A DNA stretch of 64,000 bases from Actinomycetes bacterium (lineage in GTDB: Bacteria; Actinomycetota; Actinomycetes; S36-B12; UBA5976), in assembly GCA_037137575.1 (NCBI GenBank), contig JBAXKB010000003.1:1314-65313 (forward strand), given 5' to 3'. Every line of letters starts with the position of its first letter. Positions within the stretch are counted from its first letter, which is position 1. The notes under the pieces were generated by a model. That model did no database searches and was not told the origin of the DNA. It worked only from the letters and a program-made list of their open reading frames with translations. The position numbers were made by a program, and so were the translations under genes. Below are positions 20,970-31,704 of the stretch, piece by piece.

Positions 20970-22844
20970 GTGACCCAATTAGTTTCTCGCTCAGACCTTC
21001 GTAACGTAGCTATCATCGCCCACGTTGACCACGGTAAAACCACTCTTGTTGATGCCATGCTTTGGCAATCAGGCGCGTTTTCCGCTCATCAAGATGTGAA
21101 TGATCGCGTAATGGATTCCATGGATCTAGAGCGGGAAAAAGGCATCACCATCTTGGCCAAAAATACGGCCGTTCGCTACGTCGGACCGGCTTCTCCTGAT
21201 GGCGCAACCTTAAACATCATTGATACCCCTGGGCACGCGGACTTCGGTGGCGAAGTTGAGCGTGGCTTGGAAATGGTCGATGGCGTGCTGCTTTTGGTTG
21301 ATGCCAGTGAAGGGCCCCTCCCGCAAACCCGTTTCGTATTGCGTAAAGCGTTGGCTAAGAAACTTCCAGTCGTGCTGGTGATCAACAAAGTAGACCGTAG
21401 TGATGCGCGTATTGAAGAAGTTGTCAACGAAACATACGAATTATTCTTTGATCTTGATGCCACTGAAGAGCAGATCAATTTCCCAATCGTTTATGCGTCA
21501 GCAAAAGCTGGTCGCGCATCATTAACCCGTCCAGTAGACGGCGGGATGCCAGATGAAGCAGATCTTGAGCCGCTGTTTCGTACTTTAATTGAAACAGTGC
21601 CAGCTCCGGTTTATGATCCAGAAGCCCCTCTGCAGGCGCACGTAACTAACCTTGATTCATCTCCTTACCTTGGTCGCTTGGCAATTTGTCGCGTACGCAA
21701 TGGAACTATCAAAAAAGGTCAACCGGTTGCTTGGTGTAAATCTGACGGTTCAATTGAACGCGTAAAGGTTGTCGAACTTTTGATGACCGAAGCGCTCACT
21801 CGCGTTTCTGCAGAATCTGCTGGCCCGGGCGACATCATCGCAGTAGCTGGTATGGAGAACATCACCATCGGCGAAACTTTGGCCGATCCTGATAATCCAA
21901 TTGCACTTCCAGTATTCACAGTTGACGAACCATCTATCTCTATGACTATCGGTATTAATACCTCGCCACTTGCGGGTGAAACTGGTAGTAAAGTGACAGC
22001 ACGTTTATTGAAAACCCGCTTGGATGCTGAACTTATTGGCAATGTTTCTTTGCGAGTACTCGACACTGAACGACCTGATACTTGGGAAGTCCAGGGTCGT
22101 GGGGAACTACAGCTTGCTGTTCTTGTTGAGTTGATGCGTCGTGAGAAATACGAACTTACTGTTGGTAAACCACAGGTTGTTACCCGTGAAATTAACGGCA
22201 AGCGCCACGAACCAGTTGAACGCCTGACTATCGATGTGCCTGAAGACTACGTTGGTGTGGTCACACAGTTACTCGGTCTTCGTAAAGGTCGCCTGGAGCA
22301 AATGGTTAACCATGGCACCGGCTGGGTGCGGATGGAATATTTAGTTCCAGCTCGTAGCCTTATCGGATTCCGTACCGAATTCTTGACTGAAACTCGCGGA
22401 ACTGGATTACTCCATCACGTGTTTGAAAAGTACGAGCCATGGTTTGGTGAATTACGTACGCGTCCGAATGGCTCTTTGGTATCTGATCGCCGCGGCGCAG
22501 TTACTGCTTATGCATGCTTTGGCATCCAAGAACGTGGAACTCTATTTGTCACGCCAACAACTGAAGTTTACGAAGGCATGATCATTGGCGAAAATGCTCG
22601 TTCGGAAGACATGGACGTCAATGTTGTTCGCGAAAAGAAACTAACCAACGTTCGCTCGGCAACTGGCGATGAACTTGAGCGTTTGATTCCAGCCAAGCAG
22701 TTAAGCCTGGAGCAAGCACTTGAGTTCTGTCGTGAAGACGAATGTGTTGAAGTTACTCCTAGTTTTGTGCGTATCCGTAAAGTACTTTTGACAAAGACTG
22801 ACCGTGATCGGGCCCGAGCGAAAGCCAAGACGCACAATTCGTGA
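20970..22844 (+). CDS. typA: translational GTPase TypA/BipA
   Basis: G1-G4 motifs are present (AHVDHGKTT, DTPGH, NKVD). 624 aa. Confidence 0.96.
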   Translation: MTQLVSRSDLRNVAIIAHVDHGKTTLVDAMLWQSGAFSAHQDVNDRVMDSMDLEREKGITILAKNTAVRYVGPASPDGATLNIIDTPGHADFGGEVERGLEMVDGVLLLVDASEGPLPQTRFVLRKALAKKLPVVLVINKVDRSDARIEEVVNETYELFFDLDATEEQINFPIVYASAKAGRASLTRPVDGGMPDEADLEPLFRTLIETVPAPVYDPEAPLQAHVTNLDSSPYLGRLAICRVRNGTIKKGQPVAWCKSDGSIERVKVVELLMTEALTRVSAESAGPGDIIAVAGMENITIGETLADPDNPIALPVFTVDEPSISMTIGINTSPLAGETGSKVTARLLKTRLDAELIGNVSLRVLDTERPDTWEVQGRGELQLAVLVELMRREKYELTVGKPQVVTREINGKRHEPVERLTIDVPEDYVGVVTQLLGLRKGRLEQMVNHGTGWVRMEYLVPARSLIGFRTEFLTETRGTGLLHHVFEKYEPWFGELRTRPNGSLVSDRRGAVTAYACFGIQERGTLFVTPTTEVYEGMIIGENARSEDMDVNVVREKKLTNVRSATGDELERLIPAKQLSLEQALEFCREDECVEVTPSFVRIRKVLLTKTDRDRARAKAKTHNS

Positions 22845-24604
22845 AGTTAACAATCCCGTCACCTCGTAGCCTCGGCGTTGCGGCCGTGGTGGGTATTGGC
22901 GTTGCTCTATTGGCTGGTTCAATCCCAACAAGCACTGTCGGCCCGAAAGAAAATGCCGGGCTAGAACGCGCAGTAGGCAAAGTTGGGCAAGACGGCGGCA
23001 ATTTAGTTTTGGGGTCAACCCGTCTTTGTGACTCTTTTGACCCAGCAGCCAGTTTTGATACTTGGTGCGGAGCTGTATTTCGGCTTTATGCGCGAAATCT
23101 CATGGCATTTAGTGGACAAGCTGGGGCCGCTAGTTTGCGGACTCAACCAGATTTGGCGATAACAGCACCAAAAGTAAATGCCGATAGTACTAAATGGTCG
23201 TTCAAGCTGCGCAAAAATGTTCGCTGGGATAACGGCAAGTTAGTTACGGCCCAAGATGTAAAGTATTCGATCGAGCGGTTGTATTCCCCAGGTTTCGAAG
23301 GGACGGTTAGCGAAAAGTATTTATGTTTGCTAAGTGACTGTTCCAAGGGGGTTCCAACTTTTACCGGACCAGATAAGCACGGCAAAAAACAATTGCCCAC
23401 GATTTCAACTGTTGGTACTAACACAGTTGTGTTCAAGTTAAAGAGCCCAAGTGTTGATTTCGATAAAGTGCTTGCACTGCCACAGTTCTCGGTGATTCAA
23501 AAGTCAAGAGATCTATATTTTCGGGGCAAGAAACAAAGTTATGGGCAGAATCCAGGATCGAATGGACCTTTTGTCCTGCACCTGGATAGAAGAAACCATA
23601 TTGCAAAATTTACTCGAAATAAATATTGGGTCCAAGTTTCAGATGCGATTCGCTCGCCACATGTGGATAGCATGTCCTGGAAAATAATCAGCGATGTGAC
23701 TCAATTGAATTCGGCAACTGTAAAGGACAAAATTGACATCCGGTTGGGTGAAGATTTTGCTATTGGGCCCGAAATTAAGTCGTTTTTGAAGTCCAAACAA
23801 GCTCAGTTTGATCATCCATTAACTGGCTTCACTAACTTTCTGGTGGTTCGTCCACAGAAAACTCCACTGAATCGAGTTGCCTGCCGACAAGCAATTTTCT
23901 ATGCCATCGATAAGACGGCTCTGCAAAATATTCGAGGCGGTGAGACGAAATCACAAATCGCCACTTCGCTTCTGGCTGCAAATATTGCGGGGTATGACCC
24001 TAAGAACGACATTTATCAAAGCGCTGCAAGTCCGCGTGGAAATGTACAGCAAGCCTCTGCTGCATTAAAGCGCTGTGGCTACCCCGAGGGATTCGAAATC
24101 ACGATGGCTTATCTCAACCTTGGCGTAGGTGCTGAAGTATTCCGAAGTATTCAAGCAAGTCTGGCGCAGGTAGGTATTGTCGTTGCGCCTAGGCGCTTTG
24201 ATAATTACTCAGACTTTATTTTGTCAACGGGCAACGTTGAGGAATTGGCCAATCAAGATATCTCCTTAGTGGTAAGCGGCGCGCAATCCTCAATTGGTAG
24301 CCCGTCAGACTATTGGGCAGGTTTTGTTGACAGTCGTTTAATTAAACCTTTTGGCAACCAAAATTTAGCAGTTATTGATAATCCAACAATTAATGCGAAA
24401 TTGGATGCAATGGTTACCTCGCCTGAACAGGAGGCTTCCTTGAGCGCGGACATAAATGACATTGTCATGAATCGCGCGGTCTATTTGCCTTATGGCTATG
24501 ACCGTCTTTTGATGTACCGAAACCCAAAAGTGCTTGGAATTTACATCCAGCAGGCGCTAGGTGGGCAGTACGACATAGTCAATGTTGGGTTGGCTTCAAA
24601 CTAA
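22841..24604 (+). CDS. family-5 solute-binding-protein-like protein (LpqW-like), membrane anchored
   Basis: 587 aa with an N-terminal hydrophobic anchor and a peptide/nickel SBP fold signature (WSFKLRKNVRWDNGKLVTAQDV). It sits directly downstream of typA, as lpqW does in mycobacteria, with a GTG start overlapping the typA stop. Confidence 0.85.
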   Translation: MKLTIPSPRSLGVAAVVGIGVALLAGSIPTSTVGPKENAGLERAVGKVGQDGGNLVLGSTRLCDSFDPAASFDTWCGAVFRLYARNLMAFSGQAGAASLRTQPDLAITAPKVNADSTKWSFKLRKNVRWDNGKLVTAQDVKYSIERLYSPGFEGTVSEKYLCLLSDCSKGVPTFTGPDKHGKKQLPTISTVGTNTVVFKLKSPSVDFDKVLALPQFSVIQKSRDLYFRGKKQSYGQNPGSNGPFVLHLDRRNHIAKFTRNKYWVQVSDAIRSPHVDSMSWKIISDVTQLNSATVKDKIDIRLGEDFAIGPEIKSFLKSKQAQFDHPLTGFTNFLVVRPQKTPLNRVACRQAIFYAIDKTALQNIRGGETKSQIATSLLAANIAGYDPKNDIYQSAASPRGNVQQASAALKRCGYPEGFEITMAYLNLGVGAEVFRSIQASLAQVGIVVAPRRFDNYSDFILSTGNVEELANQDISLVVSGAQSSIGSPSDYWAGFVDSRLIKPFGNQNLAVIDNPTINAKLDAMVTSPEQEASLSADINDIVMNRAVYLPYGYDRLLMYRNPKVLGIYIQQALGGQYDIVNVGLASN

Positions 24605-24660
24605 TTGCGAATTTTGTAGGATAAATCAATTAATTCAACGAATTCCTTGATTGATTAGGA

Positions 24661-26379
24661 TTGACTACCATGAGCAACAAATTTGGTTTGCGTTTGGCTG
24701 TGGTGGTGAGTGCGGTTACTCTACTGCTCACAGCCTGCACCAAGAGCGAAATCACTTCGAGTCCGGCAAAAGGCGGAACTCTCTACATACTCACTTCGGC
24801 AAAGCAGATTACCCACCTTGATCCGCAGCGAAATTATGCGCCAGAAGATTTAGCATTTGCGAGTGGTTATCTAAATCGCACGCTAACTCAGTACAAAGTT
24901 AGTGACGACGACACTCAGTCAAGTAACTTGGTCGCAGACCTAGCTACGGATACGGGCTCAATTTCAAATGCTGGAAAAACCTGGTCATTTACTCTTCGTG
25001 ATGGCGTCAAATGGCAGGATGGCACCGATGTCACCTGTGAAGACATTAAATACGGGGTGTCACGAACTTTTGCTACCAATTTAATTTTTGATGGGTATCT
25101 TTACGCGCTGTCTCTGTTAGATATCCCAAAAAACAGTAAGGGCATATCTAAATATTCCGGACCCTATAAAAAGGATGCTGCAGGTCAGGCGTTATTCGAT
25201 CACGCTGTTCACTGCGATGGCAACAAAATAACATTCAACCTGTCAGCACCTGCAACAGACTTTAATTACACCGTCACGTTAAGTGCTTTTGCACCTGTAC
25301 AGAAGTCAAAAGATACGCGCAATAAATACGATCGAAATATCCAGTCCAATGGCCCTTACATGATTGCGCCAAGTAAATCTAAGCGCAAACTTATTCTGGT
25401 TCGTAACCCGCATTGGGACATTGCAACAGATTCAATCCGTAAAGCGAATCCTGATCGTATTGAGTACAGCTTCTCGTTGCCACAGAGCGTAGTGACTCAG
25501 AGTTTGATGAGTAGTTCTGGCAAGTTTGCTCATGCAATTTCGCCTGACAGTATTTCAAGTAGCAAAATTGATGAAGTATTCAGTGGTGCACAATTTGCCC
25601 AGCGCAGGTTCAATGAATTAAATCCGTACTTCTCGTTTTTCGCACTAAATACGAAGAAAGTGCCAAACCTGAAACATCGCCAAGCTATTTTGGCTGGAAT
25701 CAATCGTGAGGCTTTGCGCACATTAGCTGGCGGTCCTTATGTCGTTGATTACGCCGATGGTTTTTTAAAACCAAACATTGGCCAAGATTATGCACCGACT
25801 GGTTTGTGGGATGGGTTACTCGGCGACAAGGTCCCGACAACCGGCAACGTTGATTTAGCCAAACGGCTCATCAAGGAATCAGGCGCTAAGTTTCCAAACC
25901 CATTGGTTTTTGACTACAGCAAAAGTCCAACCAATGACAAAGTGGCTGCCAGCATTATGGCTTCATTAGCCCGCGTTGGTATTCGGGTTAAACCACATGG
26001 AGTTCCTGCCGATGCTTATCTGAACTTCCTCTTGAATCCAGCCAAACAAGGTGGGATGAGCGCTGCTAGTTGGAATACTGATTGGCAGAATGCGTCATCG
26101 GTAATTCCTGATTTGTTCACACCAACCGGCGGATTCCCGCTGACGCAATATTCTTCTGCAAAGTGGGTTACCAAAGTTGCGGTAACTAGAGAAATTACTG
26201 ATCGCGCCAAACAGGCAAAAGCTTGGCAGAGTTTGAACAAGGAAGCGACCCGGTTAGCGCTTGCCTGCCCAAATCAGTTTGGTCTTGATCAGCGACTTGC
26301 TGGGGCTAAAGTCAAAGGCGCATTCATTTGGGCGCCTTATTCTTCTTGGCCCTACGCCACACTTTCGGTAACCAAGTAA
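24661..26379 (+). CDS. family-5 solute-binding-protein-like lipoprotein (second LpqW-like paralogue)
   Basis: 572 aa with a lipobox (LLLTAC) and the SBP-5 signature (WSFTLRDGVKWQDGTDVTCEDI). An alternative ATG start is at 24670. Confidence 0.85.
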   Translation: MTTMSNKFGLRLAVVVSAVTLLLTACTKSEITSSPAKGGTLYILTSAKQITHLDPQRNYAPEDLAFASGYLNRTLTQYKVSDDDTQSSNLVADLATDTGSISNAGKTWSFTLRDGVKWQDGTDVTCEDIKYGVSRTFATNLIFDGYLYALSLLDIPKNSKGISKYSGPYKKDAAGQALFDHAVHCDGNKITFNLSAPATDFNYTVTLSAFAPVQKSKDTRNKYDRNIQSNGPYMIAPSKSKRKLILVRNPHWDIATDSIRKANPDRIEYSFSLPQSVVTQSLMSSSGKFAHAISPDSISSSKIDEVFSGAQFAQRRFNELNPYFSFFALNTKKVPNLKHRQAILAGINREALRTLAGGPYVVDYADGFLKPNIGQDYAPTGLWDGLLGDKVPTTGNVDLAKRLIKESGAKFPNPLVFDYSKSPTNDKVAASIMASLARVGIRVKPHGVPADAYLNFLLNPAKQGGMSAASWNTDWQNASSVIPDLFTPTGGFPLTQYSSAKWVTKVAVTREITDRAKQAKAWQSLNKEATRLALACPNQFGLDQRLAGAKVKGAFIWAPYSSWPYATLSVTK

Positions 26380-26399
26380 TTCTTCAACTGGTCGACGAA

Positions 26400-28490
26400 T
26401 TAGTCGTTAACTAAAGACTGCTTAAAGAACGCAACCGATTGCAATGCGATATTTTCTGATACTTCTTCTTGAGGTGTCATGTGGGTAACACCCGAAAGCG
26501 GTAGCACGCTGTGCTGGCCCTTCTTGGCAAGAAGATGACTCGAAAGCTGCAAAGTATGCGCGAAGACAACGTTGTCGTCTGCAGTTCCATGAATCAGAAG
26601 AAGTGGTCGTTCTAACCGATTCTGCTCAAGTAGTGAATTATGTTTATAAACTTCGGGAACCTCATTTGGATTACCAAGGTAACGCTCTGTGTAAGCAGTG
26701 TCGTACAGAGTCCATTCGGTTACTGGCGCACCAGCTACCGCCGCATGAAATACTTCCGGCCGATTAAGTACGGCTAGCGCAGCCAGGTAACCGCCAAAGG
26801 ACCAACCTGTTATGCCAACCTTGGTGGCATCAACATCGTTTGGAAATAATTTTGCGATGTCTTCAACTGCGCTTTGCTGATCGTCAAGAACTGGTTTGAC
26901 GAAGTCGTGATAAATTTCATGATCCCAAATCGGGCCACGACCTGGGGTGCCACGGTTGTCTGCAATCACTACACAGAATCCTTGGTCGGCAAACCACTGA
27001 TCTTCAGCGTAAATGTTTGCAACATTTAGTACCTGCGCGCCATGTGGTCCACCGTATGGGCGCAAAAGAATTGGAAGCTTCTTGCTGCCAAATTTATGCT
27101 CTGTTGGAAATAGAACTGCAGTATTCACTTTGTGCGGCCCAGTTTGGAACAGCTGTACTACTGGAGTCACAATCGGTGTTTCTGCATGTGAATCAAATTG
27201 GTGGATGATTTCGTCATTGCGAGTTAAGCGATAAGTGCGTTCGTGAGTCGCCAATCGTGACTGGATAAGTATCTGCCAGAGGTCTTCGCCGATTTTCATA
27301 CTTGGGTAGGCAGAGACGCCGCCGTCACCTGTTAGCTCAGATATTTCACCTGATGCATGAACCCGAATTAATTGTCGGTCCATCGCGTTACTTGTGGCGA
27401 TTACGTCTACAAATTGATCGGATACCGAAACTACTGACATAACCTGCAAGCCAGCGGGTGTTGCAGTGCGAGTGCCAATTTGTAATTCTCTGGTATCAGT
27501 CACGCGGTTATCTATTACGGAAACTATTTCGTCGTTTAACCAAACGGGCTGGCCAGGGATAACTTCAACAAATTGTGGATCAGAAACGCTGTGAACTACT
27601 TCCAGACTATTGAGGTTTAGCGCATGAGTTACAAACTCTGTTTGCGCACGATTAGCCACGGTAATGAGTGGATTTTTTTCTGCTTGCCACGAAACGCTTA
27701 TTAGATATTCGTAGGCAGTGTTATCCCAAGTAATTGGAGTTGATGAGCCAGAGAGTGAAAAATGATGCAAAGTAACTTCTGCATTCGTCGAACCTGCATA
27801 CGGATATTTCTGTTCGCGAGGAGTCGAGTGTGGGTTCGCCATGTCACTTATCCACCAAGTGTTTACTGCTGAGTCATCAGTTCGTTGGGCAATAAAGCCA
27901 TCGCTATTGGGCGAGAACCAAATGCCCCGCATACGGCCGAATTCTTCAGCAGCGATGAAATCTGCAAGGCCCCACGAAACATTCTCGGCCGTTTCATTTG
28001 TGGCAACGCGTTGATGACTGCCATCGAACTCACATAGATGTATGTTCTTGCCATCGGACCAAATGATGTGAGAGCCATCTGGGGAAACTTGCGGGTCAAT
28101 TATTGGCCCAGAAACTTCCAGCGCATTGATTTGTTCAGTCACTACATCAGCGGTAAAGAGTTTGCCAGCGAGTGCGAAAGCTAAATATTTGCCGGAGCTA
28201 TCTGATGAGTAACTTGTGATGCCGCCAGTTGTCTCACGCATGCGCTCACGTCGGGCTCGCTCAGCATCTGGGATGTCTTCGGTGTCAGCCAAGAGTGTTC
28301 GTGGATCCGCGATTTTGCGTTCGATGTTCTGATCAATATCGAACACCCATAGTGAATTAACGCCATCGCGTCCGTGGTCGCTGCGTAGGAATGTAACTAG
28401 TGATGCATCGGCCAAAAGGTTAAATCCACGGGGAGCTCCTAATTGGAACCGGCGAGTGGCTGCCATTTGACGCGGGAATGTTTCGCTCAT
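26400..28490 (-). CDS. S9-family serine peptidase (dipeptidyl aminopeptidase / prolyl oligopeptidase type)
   Basis: 696 aa with an N-terminal beta-propeller region and a C-terminal alpha/beta hydrolase carrying the nucleophile motif GWSFGGY. Confidence 0.9.
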   Translation of the reverse strand: MSETFPRQMAATRRFQLGAPRGFNLLADASLVTFLRSDHGRDGVNSLWVFDIDQNIERKIADPRTLLADTEDIPDAERARRERMRETTGGITSYSSDSSGKYLAFALAGKLFTADVVTEQINALEVSGPIIDPQVSPDGSHIIWSDGKNIHLCEFDGSHQRVATNETAENVSWGLADFIAAEEFGRMRGIWFSPNSDGFIAQRTDDSAVNTWWISDMANPHSTPREQKYPYAGSTNAEVTLHHFSLSGSSTPITWDNTAYEYLISVSWQAEKNPLITVANRAQTEFVTHALNLNSLEVVHSVSDPQFVEVIPGQPVWLNDEIVSVIDNRVTDTRELQIGTRTATPAGLQVMSVVSVSDQFVDVIATSNAMDRQLIRVHASGEISELTGDGGVSAYPSMKIGEDLWQILIQSRLATHERTYRLTRNDEIIHQFDSHAETPIVTPVVQLFQTGPHKVNTAVLFPTEHKFGSKKLPILLRPYGGPHGAQVLNVANIYAEDQWFADQGFCVVIADNRGTPGRGPIWDHEIYHDFVKPVLDDQQSAVEDIAKLFPNDVDATKVGITGWSFGGYLAALAVLNRPEVFHAAVAGAPVTEWTLYDTAYTERYLGNPNEVPEVYKHNSLLEQNRLERPLLLIHGTADDNVVFAHTLQLSSHLLAKKGQHSVLPLSGVTHMTPQEEVSENIALQSVAFFKQSLVND

Positions 28491-28560
28491 CCCACGATTT
28501 TGCCATGTTCAACTCGTTTAGGTGCGCTGCATCGGCAAATACATCTCGTAAAGTGGGAGA

Positions 28561-29448
28561 GTGTCGAATAACCGCCGTTTATTGCTCGTCCATGCCCACC
28601 CTGATGATGAAACAATCGGCACTGGTGCAACCATGGCCAAATATGTCGCAGAGGGCGCACAAGTAACTCTCGTAACCTGCACATTGGGGGATGAAGGGGA
28701 AATCCTTGTCCCAGAGCTTGCGCACTTAGCAGCGCACGATCAGGACAAATTGGCCGAACATCGACTTGTTGAGTTGGCGCAGGCTATGGCACAGCTGGGA
28801 GTCACGGACTACCGCATCCTGGGGGGTATCGGTGGGTATCGCGACAGCGGAATGATCGGCACTGCGCCCAACCAGCGACCCGATTCTTTTTGGCAAGCAG
28901 ACTTGCTTGAGGCGGCCAAACACTTAGTGAAAATTATCCGCGAAACTAAACCACAGGTTCTAGTTACTTACGATGATTTTGGTGGCTATGGACATCCAGA
29001 TCACATTCAAGCTCACCGAGTTGCCACTTATGCTGCTGCACTTGCAGGTGTTGGAAGTTTCGCTCCGGAATTAGGTTCGCCATGGAATATCTCAAAACTA
29101 TATTGGACAGCTTTTCCAGTCAGTGTGATTCGGGCTGGCATCGAAGCGCTACGGGCTAATGGCGAAGACACCGGATTTGCCGCACAGGATCCAGAAGACG
29201 TCCCGTTTGCCTGCCCTGATGAATTTATTTCTACAGTTGTCGATGCGGGTCAATATGTCGAGCAAAAGTTTTCCGCACTGAGGGCGCACGAAACCCAAAT
29301 TAATGCCGATTCTGGTTTCTTTGCCTTGTCGAATAACTTGGGCTCACAAGTTATGGGCTTTGAGTATTTCCGTCTGGCATTTGGTGAACTTGGCGAACTA
29401 GATTCTGCTGGCCATGAAACGGATCTTTTTGCTGGAGTAAAACTCTGA
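28561..29448 (+). CDS. mshB: GlcNAc-Ins deacetylase (mycothiol biosynthesis, PIG-L family)
   Basis: LLLVHAHPDDETIGTG and HPDH zinc motifs. Its syntenic position is the same as mycobacterial mshB. Confidence 0.88.
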   Translation: MSNNRRLLLVHAHPDDETIGTGATMAKYVAEGAQVTLVTCTLGDEGEILVPELAHLAAHDQDKLAEHRLVELAQAMAQLGVTDYRILGGIGGYRDSGMIGTAPNQRPDSFWQADLLEAAKHLVKIIRETKPQVLVTYDDFGGYGHPDHIQAHRVATYAAALAGVGSFAPELGSPWNISKLYWTAFPVSVIRAGIEALRANGEDTGFAAQDPEDVPFACPDEFISTVVDAGQYVEQKFSALRAHETQINADSGFFALSNNLGSQVMGFEYFRLAFGELGELDSAGHETDLFAGVKL

Positions 29449-29885
29449 TGCAGAAATTCTCAAATATGTTCGTTGGTCTTTTAGCTGGGTTGGCCCTTGG
29501 TATTCCTTGTGCTTTCATTCAGGCCGATCGCATCAGCATCGGCGGCCAAGTTATTCCCTACGGCGCATTACTTGCCTTAGCGCTGATTTTTGTTTGCCAG
29601 CTTTGGCTAGCTCGCTCAACACAGAGCAGATTTTCCGCAATAGGCGTAGCGCTCGGGTGGGTGCTGAGTACGACTCTTCTCGGGAAACAGTTTGGTTCCT
29701 ATGAAGCGATCATCTTCGCTTCATCATGGTCAAACATATATGTAATCGGCGGCGCAATTGTTATTGGCTGCGCATGTACATTGCCGGCATTACGACCTGT
29801 TATTAAGTCGGACGAGTTGCCTATCCCATTTACCGATGGCATGAAGATGCAAGAAAGTGAAGATGGGGAAGTAGGCCAAGGTTAA
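29448..29885 (+). CDS. small integral membrane protein
   Basis: 145 aa with four hydrophobic helices. Translationally coupled to mshB through a TGATG overlap. Confidence 0.6.
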   Translation: MQKFSNMFVGLLAGLALGIPCAFIQADRISIGGQVIPYGALLALALIFVCQLWLARSTQSRFSAIGVALGWVLSTTLLGKQFGSYEAIIFASSWSNIYVIGGAIVIGCACTLPALRPVIKSDELPIPFTDGMKMQESEDGEVGQG

Positions 29886-31615
29886 TGAGTGATCCTGTCA
29901 AAAACGTAAGCAACAAGAGTCGGAATTTTTTGTTTGCTTTATTTGGTGTGACGCTCGGGATTACTGCAATCTATGCGATTGCAGTTGTTCATTACTCTGG
30001 TCGCACTTCGGCAAAAACCACTGTTGCCGGGATAGAAATCGGTGGGATGTCGCTTAGTTCGGCAGAAACCAAACTAGCAACCGAGCTTGTTCCGCTTTCT
30101 AGCAAGCCAATCAATGTCGAGGTTGCCGGTCAGGTGTACCCCATTGACCCGAATGTAGCCGGACTTAGCGTTGATGTTGTTAAAACAATTGCTCAGGTGC
30201 CACAGCGGCCATGGAGTCCGGTCGAGCTTTGGAAGCGGGCAACAGGCAAAGTTGCTCTGGCACCTGTTGTGCAAGCCGACGCAGAGAAACTAAGCACGGC
30301 TATCGCAGCTATCTGCGCTCGAGTAGACAAAATTGCGGTCGAACCCAAAATCGTTTTTGAGAATGCGTCGCCCAAACTTATTAAGGGCGAGTCTGGTCAA
30401 GTGCTTGCCGCTGAGTCGGTGCAACACCTGTTGGTCAGCAGTTTCCCGACCTCGCCTGATCCAGTAGTTCTCCAATTTGTCTCAGTGAACCCTTCGGTTT
30501 CCGATGCCCAAGCCAATGAATTTATTACTAACGCAAAAGCTGCAATTGCCTCGCCAATCACTGTCACTGTTGGTAAAAAAGAGGGAACAATTCAGCCGGC
30601 GGATCTGGCTCGTGCGCTTACTTACGTGGGTGCGGATGGAAAATTTGTTCCCCAGATTGATGGCGCTGTTTTGGTTGACGTGCTTAAGCCGCAAATTCAG
30701 GGAATAGGTAACACTGCGGTTGATGCATCCTTCAAAATTTTCAATGGTAAACCGTATGTAGTTCCTGGCAAGAATGGAACCGGTATTAATCCTGACAAAG
30801 TCGCGCAAGCGGTATTGCAAGTTATTGACCAGCTGGCTCCGCGCATTGTTAATCTGGAGTTGGCCGAGACGAAACCTGAATTTTCGGATGCAGATGCAAA
30901 AGCATTAGGCATCACTGAGAAATTGAGTAGCTTCACCCAGAACTTTCCTTATGCTGCCTATCGCGTGCAAAACATCGGCCAAGCGGCCCGCTACCTCGAT
31001 GGCACCATAGTCAAGCCTGGCGAAATTTTTTCTATGAATGACACTGTGCATGAACGTACAGTTGCAAATGGCTACACAGTTGGCTACATCATTGGTCCAG
31101 GTGGGCAGTTCCTCAAGGATTTAGGTGGTGGAGTTTCGACAGCAACCACCACAGTTTGGACCGCTGCTTTTTATGCAAACATGCAGCGCGTAGAACAGCG
31201 AGCGCACACAATCTGGATCCCAAGATATCGACCTGGCTTAGAGGCAACTGTTTCATGGGGAAATCTTGATATGAAGTGGCGTAATACTTCTAAACACGGT
31301 GTTTTAATCAAAGCATCGATAACCGATAGTTCAGTCACAGTTACGTTTTACGGAACTAAAGAATTTGACCAAGTTGAGGCAATTTCTAGCCCATGGCGCA
31401 ACATAACTCAATTTGGAACCATTAATAGCGATATCGATGGCTGCGAATATCAGGGTGGCCAAAATGGCTTCGACATTACCGTTACGCGTGTGGTTACCGT
31501 TGGTGGAAAAGTAGTGAAACGCGAGCCGTTTAATACGCACTATGCACCTGAGCCTCGGGTCATTTGTGGTAAACCCGCTGCTCCAGTTGCCAGCCCATCC
31601 CCAAGTCATTCCTGA
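29885..31615 (+). CDS. VanW-family protein with N-terminal membrane anchor
   Basis: 576 aa with one N-terminal TM helix and a C-terminal VanW-like region (GGGVSTATTTVWTAAFYANM, GLEATVSWGNLD). Confidence 0.75.
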   Translation: MSDPVKNVSNKSRNFLFALFGVTLGITAIYAIAVVHYSGRTSAKTTVAGIEIGGMSLSSAETKLATELVPLSSKPINVEVAGQVYPIDPNVAGLSVDVVKTIAQVPQRPWSPVELWKRATGKVALAPVVQADAEKLSTAIAAICARVDKIAVEPKIVFENASPKLIKGESGQVLAAESVQHLLVSSFPTSPDPVVLQFVSVNPSVSDAQANEFITNAKAAIASPITVTVGKKEGTIQPADLARALTYVGADGKFVPQIDGAVLVDVLKPQIQGIGNTAVDASFKIFNGKPYVVPGKNGTGINPDKVAQAVLQVIDQLAPRIVNLELAETKPEFSDADAKALGITEKLSSFTQNFPYAAYRVQNIGQAARYLDGTIVKPGEIFSMNDTVHERTVANGYTVGYIIGPGGQFLKDLGGGVSTATTTVWTAAFYANMQRVEQRAHTIWIPRYRPGLEATVSWGNLDMKWRNTSKHGVLIKASITDSSVTVTFYGTKEFDQVEAISSPWRNITQFGTINSDIDGCEYQGGQNGFDITVTRVVTVGGKVVKREPFNTHYAPEPRVICGKPAAPVASPSPSHS

Positions 31616-31704
31616 CACGGGGGGATGCGCAAGCGTAATAGCTCAGCCTTGGGTAAGTTATAACCAGTGAGCAATTCACTAAACCTAAGTTCTGGAGGAT
31701 CATC

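Noticed and set aside
22841-26379. The two SBP-5 genes read as the start of an oligopeptide ABC importer operon
   Set aside because: No permease or ATPase genes follow, and the position corresponds to the non-transport lipoprotein lpqW of mycobacteria.
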